This document shows, piece after piece, positions 54,601-64,000 of a DNA stretch of 64,000 bases. The stretch is from Octopus bimaculoides (taxonomy: Eukaryota). How positions within the stretch are numbered: position 1 is the stretch's first letter; each line of letters opens with the position of its first letter. The notes below the pieces were generated by a model. It did no database searches, was not told the DNA's origin, and worked only from the letters and a program-made list of their open reading frames with translations. The stretch lies in NCBI RefSeq assembly GCF_001194135.2, contig NC_068988.1, positions 16,472,226-16,536,225 of the forward strand, read 5' to 3'. The position numbers and the translations under genes were made by a program.

Positions 54601-55756
54601 TGTCATTTTCTCAACGTAAAGAAGAGCAAGTCGATCTAAGTAGCAAGACTGCAAATGATCTGATGAGCGAATTATCAGCTTTCTCTACCAAGTTTAATTC
54701 TTCATTCGGGAGAAGACCTTCGTCATTTTACGACGTACTATGCAATAAAAATATATCACCTATTCTCTTAACACTATGAAAACGGACCTCATTGATCATT
54801 GTATCCCATGCTTTACATGTGATCCAAAAACTATGAGATGACATTGAATAATTTGCAGTTTCTTTTTTATTAGTTTATTCTTCATGATTTCGTTGTCCTC
54901 CTTGTTTCTGTCATTCATGTAATCATATTTTTATTGTGCATTCCATTCCTAAACATAAACTTCTTTCAGCCTAGTAAAAACAGATTTATTCAATGGTTTG
55001 GCTTTTGTAATTTGTGTCCTTTGTATTTATAGTAATCTATATAATATATCTTACAGAGCTCAATGGTTACACACACACATAGACACACACACACACGCAC
55101 ACACACGCATATATAATGTGTATGGGTGTGTATTGGTAAGTGTGTGTGGATAAGTAAATTGCTATAAACAATGAACACATACAAAAAATATATATTCATG
55201 TTGTCCAAATATAGAACAAATATAGCAAGAATAAACCAATGACCCAGAAATGTTTATCTGCGTAATTCAAATAAAATTAAAAGTTAAAAGCATAATAAAC
55301 ATCATGTAATGATTATACTTAACTAATTTAGAATAATGTTTATTTTCGCATTGCTCCGTAACGGGTCAAACCATATGCTATTGAACGTATTATGTGCTTT
55401 ACTAAAAATACCAAAATGTGGGAAAACACACAGCATATAAATTTTTTTTATTTACAATTTTCAAATGAATGGGTAATTTAAATTTGTGACGCCAGTATAT
55501 TCAATAGAGGCTTGTATTTTCCAATTTTAAAATATTTATTTATATACATACATACATACTGTGTACATTTATATGGACTTCTGTGATCTTTTTTTTCTGG
55601 GTCTAGACAGTGTAAAAATGAAAGATTAAATCTGCGAGGAATCAAAGAGCAAATCAAAGTATATTATGTATTGAAAATTGGTTTTATTTTGACTGTGAGA
55701 GAAAGCAGAATCAGCATCAATATGAACAATAACAAATATTGTGAACAAAGAGGAAA

Positions 55757-55815
<59 letters not shown>

Positions 55816-56186
55816 GCACACAAATGAAGAACCGATTTATTCTGATTTTGCTGTTTGCAGAATGTCAGCATGTTAAAAGCGTGTCTGACCATTACTTAAT
55901 GTTGGTCATTATCAATTTTCAACACAGAGTGTAAGCCGGTATAGTGTTATAACGAAAGAGAACCATAAGTGATGATAATAATAATAATAATGAACGAAAA
56001 AGGCATCAGAGGTGCGATGCATACCCTGTGCACATGTGACCTACATGCGTTGCTTACCCATACTTTTAATTTAGCTGAGTTAATTATTTTTTTAAAGTAC
56101 TTCTATTCCGGGAAAATTCAGAAATGAGCTCGTAAATAAACGAAACCCTCGAATCCATCAGTGAACACACACACACACGTAAGCGT

Positions 56187-56222
<36 letters not shown>

Positions 56223-57604
56223 ACAAACACATGCACACAGAGTATGTATGTACGCACACTCGTCTAAGCGCATAAGCCATGATCTATACTCACGCAGTCG
56301 AGGGTCAGTTCATATGCAAAAGAAAGTAAAAAGAAAAATATATAATATGACCACTTGCTTATGAGGAAATTTGTGACTTCGATTTAATTTTTTTTTAAAT
56401 ATCACCGTTATAGGTATTTATGCTGCCGTGAAATTAAGAAATGAAGTCGTGTATAAACGAATATTTCACTGTACATACACACATACGCACTCACACACGC
56501 ATACGCACACACACATACGCACACACACACAGATAGTCGCATATCTATGTATGTATGCACCCACACGTGTCAATGCGCGAAGCTACACCATGATCTATAC
56601 ACACGCTAATTCATATGGAAAAGAAAATGAACAAGATAATATGACCACGTGCTTATCGGAAAATTCGTAAGTTCAATTATTTTTAATTTAAGAGAAATTT
56701 TCTTTTAAAGGTAATCAAACTAAATGTTCATCATTTCGAATAATTCACCCAATGAGCATTTCTGGCAAATGTGGTGAAAATTCATTCAGCCGCTTTCCAG
56801 TAATTTTGCAAACCCGCAGACAAACACACTAAGACAAATGTGTACAACACCCTGCTTTTGCTTACGGACACAGGATAATAATAATTTGTCTACTATAGGC
56901 ACCAAGCCTGCAATTTGTAGGAGGAGTGATTACTAGACTTGATTACATCGACCACAGTAATCAACTGGTCTTATTTCGCCGGCGCCAAAAGGATGATGAT
57001 GCAAGACTGGGGACATAAGAGCAGAACATCGTCTCGTGCATGCGTAACGTCTAAACACAATCGACCACACAAACACTGGATTCGGTCAACTGGCACTCTC
57101 GGAGCACTTGCTATCAAAGGACAGGACAGCTAAATACACACACTGGTCACTATTCCTCGCATATACTCTCCCTTACAAAGATAACCGGAAGACACCTCAA
57201 AATGTCTAGAATACTGACGTTATCAGCGTTAGGAATATAAGCATACAGACTAGTCTGGAATTTTGAGCTAAATGACGAGATATCAGTGAGAAAAATCAAA
57301 TTGAAAAGACACCGTTTGATGTACGTTGCAGACCCAGCTCACAAACCTCCCACAAAATAAGTGAATGGCAAAAAATCATACACTTGATAACCACACATAG
57401 TTTACCTAAATTCCTCTAGATCTAAACACTAGCATATTTAGGCTTATTGTAAAATTTCCATAGATAATTCTTTAATATCATACTAGTATAAACGTTTTCA
57501 GTTGCATTTTACTTCATCTCGACTTTTCTTGACGTTTGTGATTGAGACACGCCTGCAGCTTGTTTAATTAAAACAAAAGCAAATGATTAAAAAAAATAAT
57601 AATA

Positions 57605-57870
57605 ATCTTTCTAAATTTGGTACTAAGTCAACAATTTCAAGGAGATAGTAAAATCGATTATATCATCCTTAGTGATTAATTGGTAGTAACTTTATCGCTC
57701 ACCAAATGAATGAAAGATAAATTGGACCTCGCTGAAATTGAACTCGGAAATTTTAACAAAGAGCCAGAAGCAATGTCATTAAAACTATTTTCCGACATGT
57801 AAAGGTTCTTCCAATAATAATAATAATGATGATGATGATGATGATGATGATTATGACAACAACAATGATG

Positions 57871-57923
<53 letters not shown>

Positions 57924-58376
57924 CTTTTCTAATCTAGGCACAAGCCCTGAAATTTTGGAGGGAGGAGGTCGGTCGATTAGATCGATCTCAGTACACAGCT
58001 GGTGCTTAATTTATTGACTCCGAATGGAAGATAGGCAAAGTCGACCTCGGCGGAATTTGAACTCAAAACGTAAGGACGAACGAAATCCCGCTAATAACTT
58101 TGCCCGGCTCGCCGCCTTACTACTACTACTACTACTACTACTACCACTAATACTAGTTTCAAATTTTAGCAGTAGGCCAGTAATTTCGGGTGGGGTGGGG
58201 AGAATTTGATAATATCAAACCCAGCGCTGAAATGGTACTAATTTTATCGACACCAACATGATGAGAGGCGAACTGGACCACGCCAGAATTTGAGATGATC
58301 AGTAGATAACGAGCCAGAAGGAATACCGTTAAGCTTTTTGCCCGGTTTTCTAACAATTCTGCCAGTTCGCCGCATT
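57605..58376 (-). mobile_element. Cluster of three same-orientation SINE family B copies (~57605-57810, 57921-58118, 58152-58376) separated by trinucleotide arrays
   Basis: Repeated tail-body-head order; heads end TCGCCGCCTT (58118) and TCGCCGCATT (58376). Confidence 0.85.
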
Positions 58377-58770
58377 GTCATTATAATAATAATTATAACA
58401 ACAATAACAATCATAATTGTTTCTAATATCGGCACAACACTCTACAGACTTTGCTACTCCATCACTATACTATTTCTGAATTTGGCACTTGGCCACGTAA
58501 TTTCGGGAATTTTACATTCGATTAAATTGTTTTCAAAACTTGACTTTTATTTATATTACCAAACCAGAAATGTTTGCTATTTTAAATCCGTTCATTCGTC
58601 CGATATATAATATTGATATAAATCTATCGTGGTGCTCAACTGGTATTTAGCCATAATTGAGCCAAGAACTATGAGAAGTGTTTGGTAGGATATGAACTCA
58701 GACCACAAACAACAAAATATTCTAAGTGTTATCATCCAATTTTGTATCATGTCAGCCAGCCACCGATGGG

Positions 58771-58815
<45 letters not shown>

Positions 58816-59659
58816 CATATACGTGTGTGCCTGTGTGCCTGTGTTTGTTGCATCTATGCAGGTATGTATCTATGTATATGGTGTGTGTATGTGTGTGCGT
58901 GTAAAAAATACTCCCCCTTCAGTACCTCTTTATAAGTCTGTTAAGTCGAAACTCGCATTGTCTCTAATAACAATCAATTTGATGAATGATGGACTGACTA
59001 TCCTTTTAGCTCAATCGTGAAGATATGAAACGTAAAAAGAAAAAAGAAATCAGGAGAAACACATTTGTTAAGATAATTCTAAATATGCAACGCTCGATAT
59101 ATTTACGGAAAGTTCATGTTTTTCATTTTAAAGTCTAGTCAGTATCGAATCTGGCCCGGGTCTAAAACAACAATTTGAAGACGATGGATCCGTTGCAAAC
59201 AAGAATAATAAAAAAGTGGCTATAACAAGAACAAAATCCAATCTTTGATTCCGCTTTCGCTACTACTCTCACGTGCAACTGTGTTGCTGAAATTCTTATA
59301 ACGATGACAAGGATTTAGCTAAAACACTAAAACCTCACACAAAATAACTTGTGACATTTGTTTCGGTACCATCGAATTTAAAATCAAATAACGCCGAGTT
59401 CAACATCTACACACTTTCGAGATATTAAGATACCGTTTAAAACTGGAATGATATTAACGATTAAACCCTGACCCCATATCAAATCTATGCGTCTGTATTA
59501 GATACAAATACTAAATGAGGCATGTATTACTAACCTTGCCTTTATCCATCTTATCATATTTGCCCTTTCCTGCACAACTGAAATAAATTCTCGTCTTCAG
59601 TTTTATGTTTTCTCTTATCACTATGAAATATTGTACTAAACGTCAGAGTTAAGAGAATG

Positions 59660-59870
59660 TTTCGTAAGATACATTTTAACGTTCAGTGTATTGCGCTTAG
59701 GTTCCAAGTTAAATTTCCCCAGCGGCCACTTTACCTTTATTGTTCGAATATCGATAAAATAAGGACATTGATATATCTTGGGAAGAATAGATAGAACTAC
59801 ACCTCATTCCCTATTAAAATATATGGCCTTGTGCCAATATAAGAATTTCTTATTACTATTGCCCATAAAA
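59660..59870 (+). mobile_element. SINE family B, degraded
   Basis: CTTTACCTTT...TCGATAAAATAAG...GGCCTTGTGCCAATATAAGAA..TTATTA tail. Confidence 0.6.
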
Positions 59871-60586
59871 TAAATCAATATTAATTCTATTATTTTCAGA
59901 CTGTGTGTTTTCCTCATACAAGTGGTTTGTAGTAAATATATACGTATTCGTTATTGTGTATATATTCCATTACCAAGTGTATATACGTTGCGTTTGTTTA
60001 TTCTACTACGTTAAAGTGTTTAGATTTCAAATATTCATTTAATATGTTTAATAATTCATTTAATACATTTTAAGATTCACTTTATACTTTCTATATAATC
60101 ACATTAAATTCATTTCTATTTGATTACGCGTTTATTTTGTTCGTCAGAATGTATACGAAAATGTAATTCTATATTCTTCCACTTTCGCAGACTTTTCTCT
60201 CAGCTATTGCGGCATTGATTTAAACCTGGATGTTCTACTCTTTTTTAGTTTTTATGCCAAAAAGGCACAAACAAACAGTTATTTATACATATAGACAATC
60301 TCCTTCAAATTCTCTAATATTTCCTTAGAGTATTTGGATTTATAGAAAGTGAATATTTGTACATGGATACTTTACACACGCAGTGTCAAACATGAAAATG
60401 GTGAACATTAAGGTACTCAATTCGAAAATGATATGTCATGTGGTATGCCTATCACACGTTTACTTTCTGAGTTCGAATCTCACCGAGATCAACTTTGCAT
60501 TTCCGTAATCAATAAAATTATGTTGCAGAAGATTAAGTTGGCGAAACTCTCGCGCCAAAATTACGGTGTCTGTGTTAGAAATTCTT

Positions 60587-60718
60587 GTGGCTGTCTAACA
60601 AGAAGCTTGCTTCCCAACCACATGTTTTGGGGTTCAGTTCTACTGCGTAGTAACTTGGGCAAGTGTTTTCTGCTATAGCCTTGGGCCGACAAATGCTTTG
60701 TGAATGGATTTGGTAGAG
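60587..60718 (+). mobile_element. SINE family C copy
   Basis: Homologous to 25378-25519; contains GGGGTTCAGTTC (B-box-like) and CTTGGGCAAGTG. Confidence 0.75.
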
Positions 60719-61625
60719 CATAAAATATATAAAATAAATTAGACTAAAATTCATATATAGCTATTAAAATAATATTTTATTTACACAAAGACACAAAACA
60801 AAGTAGTTATGGTTATCAACCTAACACAACGAACCCGTTATAGGTTCTATCACCCACTGAAACTAGAATTTGTTGCACACAAAATCTACTACATGAGATG
60901 AAACAAGAAATACTTGGTGACTATGATCTGTTGTTATTTTTACTAAAATATGCTGTTTTATTGACTTTTATAATCCAAACGTGTTTGGCATTCCAATATT
61001 AACACATGAAGACAATTTTTTCTGCACCATATATTCCTATTCTGCTTATATGGCACTTAATCTCTAAGTTTATGTCGTTCAAAATATGTCCTATCACCAA
61101 CCATTTTTCAAAGTAATCTGCTTGAGTTGGCACTACTTCCGTCTTTCTGTTTGTGCTTTCCTCTCCGCTTCACTATTAATCCTCTCCTTTCTCTGGAAAG
61201 ACAGCTGCCCGCCTCTTCGAACACTAAACGGCAAGTGAACAATTTGCACAATAGAATCGGTGGTGACAAGGATCTGTTCTACAAGAAGCGGCTGCGTAGA
61301 CACTCGATAAACAGGAAGTCCGACATAAAATAATTCTGTTTTTAAGTACATGATCTTTTACAGTCCGGATGATTGCGTTAAATTTGTTGTAGAGTACTGA
61401 TGATTAGCATAACACAACGAATACACCAATGGATTTCTACTGTAATGGAAGTCGTAATATCTAATCAACATCAGTATGAGCCTACATACTAATTTTTACT
61501 TTTTGAAGTTAACTAGACAATTTGAAGTACATGTGTATACATGTATATTTGCATGTGTGCATATTTATATATTTATGTATAATATGCGCTTGTATATACG
61601 TTTTGTTTATTGTAAGTATTCCCAA

Positions 61626-61660
<35 letters not shown>

Positions 61661-61931
61661 AGAGAGAGAGAAAGGGAAATTATGCGGATAAACAATTTAA
61701 ATATAAGAACTTGAGTTTGATATACTATATATGTAATACATGCAAACAGTAAGAAGGCGAAAACTGAAGATTTACAGACCACGAATATTTAAGTATAAAC
61801 ATATATATATATTTATATATTAATAAGTTATTGGATTCCTCTCATAGTCACCCTTGGTTCCTCGTAAATACATTGTAATCTACGTTCTATTCATTTGAAC
61901 GCTACAAAGTGTTTTCTATATCGAGAATCTC

Positions 61932-62371
61932 TGGATCTCATCTGTTGACGATGTATATATTGTGAATATTCATTGGCACCACAATCAGAAAACGTATTGT
62001 ATTTTCGATACATATTACGAATGAATTCAAAAAACGATTATCTAAAATAATATTCGTTATTTCTTGATTTTTATTTACTTTTTATTTCACAACGTTTCGT
62101 ACTAACTTTTTCGTTGATCAATTCTTGAATGTAGTGTGATAAATGGGCACATGGATCTCATCTGTTGACGATGTATATATTGTGAATATTCGTTGGCACC
62201 ACAATCAGAAAACGTATTGTATTTTCGATACATATTACGAATGAATACAAAAAACGATTTGCTAAAATAACATTCGTTATTTCTTGATTTTTATTTACTT
62301 TTTATTTCAAAACGTTTCGTACTAACTTTTTCGTTGATCAATTCTTGAATGTAGTGTGATAAATGGACACA
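61932..62371. repeat. Tandem duplication, 220-bp period, two copies
   Basis: TGGATCTCATCTGTTGACG at 61932 and 62152; copies differ by about seven substitutions counted by eye. Confidence 0.95.
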
Positions 62372-63097
62372 TGAATATTTAAAAGCAAAAGAAACGTTTA
62401 CCAATCAGTTGATAATTAACTAAAGAACATCTAATCAGAAAATAAACGATAAAAACAAATAATTCAGGTACTAAAAACTGAATTGAAAAGACCACGGTTA
62501 GAACAACAGAAGACAAAATAGTAAGAAATAAAGCTGAACGTATCGGTGAAGAATTGGATGATATAAAAAAGAAAACGGTTTGAAACTCAAGCTTTGATTT
62601 ACATTCGTTATTTGATAAAAGAAATCATTTCTCTCATCCACTTTCATTGTTGTCTTTGCGAATATAAAATTACCAAAACAATAGCTCTTGTTATTTGTTT
62701 AACAGATCTTCGAAGGAATATGACTTCACTTCCCTCAATAATGCTATATATGGATAGATCTTTAGGAATATATCACTGCAGTTCTGAAACTTCTTTTGAG
62801 ACTTTTCATAATACTGAATATTTTATTACATTTTTATGGCGAGTATAAAATCATTAAGGTTATATTTTAAAAGGATTATGATTGCATTGAGTTAAATGCA
62901 AACTCTAATATCAGAAAATTCAAAGTCTTGTATGTATATATGTATATATATATATATATATATNNNNNNNNNNNNNNNNNNNNNNNNNNNNNNNNNNNNN
63001 NNNNNNNNNNNNNNNNNNNNNNNNNNNNNNNNNNNNNNNNNNNNNNNNNNNNNNNNNNNNNNNNNNNNNNNNNNNNNNNNNNNTATATATACATATA

Positions 63098-63670
63098 CAG
63101 ACATGAGGAAGTAAATAGAAACTTTAATTTTCGAAATCTTTTGTTTGCTATTAATTGGTTGAAGGACAGGTTTTCTAGCTGCTCGTCCATAATACTCAAG
63201 CTTATGCAAATATGTAACACACGTTCTTAGACTAACTTCTAGCTGTTTTGCAATGTCAAAAGCCTTCAAACGGGGTTCGTTTTCCACAATACACTTCAAA
63301 CAGTGAAGCTTCCTTTCCGAGGGCCCAGGTAGGCCGGGACGAGAATCTATTGATTCTCTTCCTTGACTTTTGAATCGCGCTATAATTCTATTAACAGTAG
63401 CAAAAGGAATTTGAAGATTTTCGGCAACTTTTTGCTGGCTAAGACCAGCCTCGGATTGCCCAACAATACGACCTCTTTGAAAATCTGACAGTCCTGCTGA
63501 ATTTTTTGTGCATGGCATGGTTACTCTTCGCAAATGTTTAATATAATGGCTGGCACCTGGAATAAAAAAGAATAATTACCTTGTAACTTCTACAGGGCTG
63601 CAAACATATTAAGACGCTTAGATCAGAAATTTTGAAAATTAAAGGTGTCTATTTACTTCCTGCATGTCTG
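63098..63670 (-). mobile_element. 573-bp non-autonomous Tc1-like element with ~45-bp TIRs and N-terminal DNA-binding-domain ORF
   Basis: Left TIR CAGACATG-AGGAAGTAAATAGAAAC-TTTAATTTTCGAAAT vs right TIR (reverse complement) CAGACATGCAGGAAGTAAATAGACACCTTTAATTTTCAAAAT; TA on both sides. ATG 63518: LSDFQRGRIVG..EAGLSQ...TVNRII.RF...RPG...YGRAARKP (paired-like HTH, NLS-like RKP); no DDE domain. Confidence 0.92.
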
Positions 63671-64000
63671 TATATATATATATATATATATATNNNNNNN
63701 NNNNNNNNNNNNNNNNNNNNNNNNNNNNNNNNNNNNNNNNNNNNNNNNNNNNNNNNNNNNNNNNNNNNNNNNNNNNNNNNNNNNNNNNNNNNNNNNNTAT
63801 ATAGTCTTAATGTAATAAATAGGTTCATAAAATCGTGTGGATATCATAGAAGGTTCCTCTAGGGCACTCGGCTAATAGGCCACGTAATACTCCCGACAGA
63901 GGAATATAACGGAGAGTCTTTACGACTGAAATCCAGGAGATATGATCAATAAAATTTTCATGAGGAGTATGTAAACCATAAAAAGTTAGGGGACATGAAA

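Noticed and set aside
54661-54690. CTGATGA occurrence as a possible hammerhead core (also near 40360)
   Set aside because: No stem II followed by GAAA.

Overview
AT-rich eukaryotic (metazoan) DNA from a gapped short-read-type assembly. There are 15 N-runs, most abutting (TA)n/(CA)n tracts. The repeat content looks like an Octopus genome (inference from recalled repeat families, not verified). No host protein-coding gene, rRNA, true tRNA or CRISPR array can be supported; almost all listed ORFs are microsatellite, N-run or repeat artefacts. The window contains: (1) several tRNA-derived SINE families, one with four well-conserved copies, three with 11-12 bp TSDs, and one with at least 14 older copies; (2) four Tc1/mariner-superfamily relics: an internally deleted mariner with TIRs, two DD37D maT fragments and a 573-bp mini-Tc1 with an open DNA-binding-domain frame; (3) decayed non-LTR retroelements: two RTE-type RT regions, two R4/Dong-like endonuclease tails next to (AAT)n arrays and a probable Penelope-like RT. 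The most notable unexplained structures are a ~230-bp near-perfect palindrome carrying a minimal hammerhead-ribozyme motif in each arm (32758-32985), a second hammerhead-like motif (17223-17258), a perfect 19-bp hairpin (28984-29025), an orphan 176-codon open frame with a local duplicate (35027-35753), and tandem duplications.
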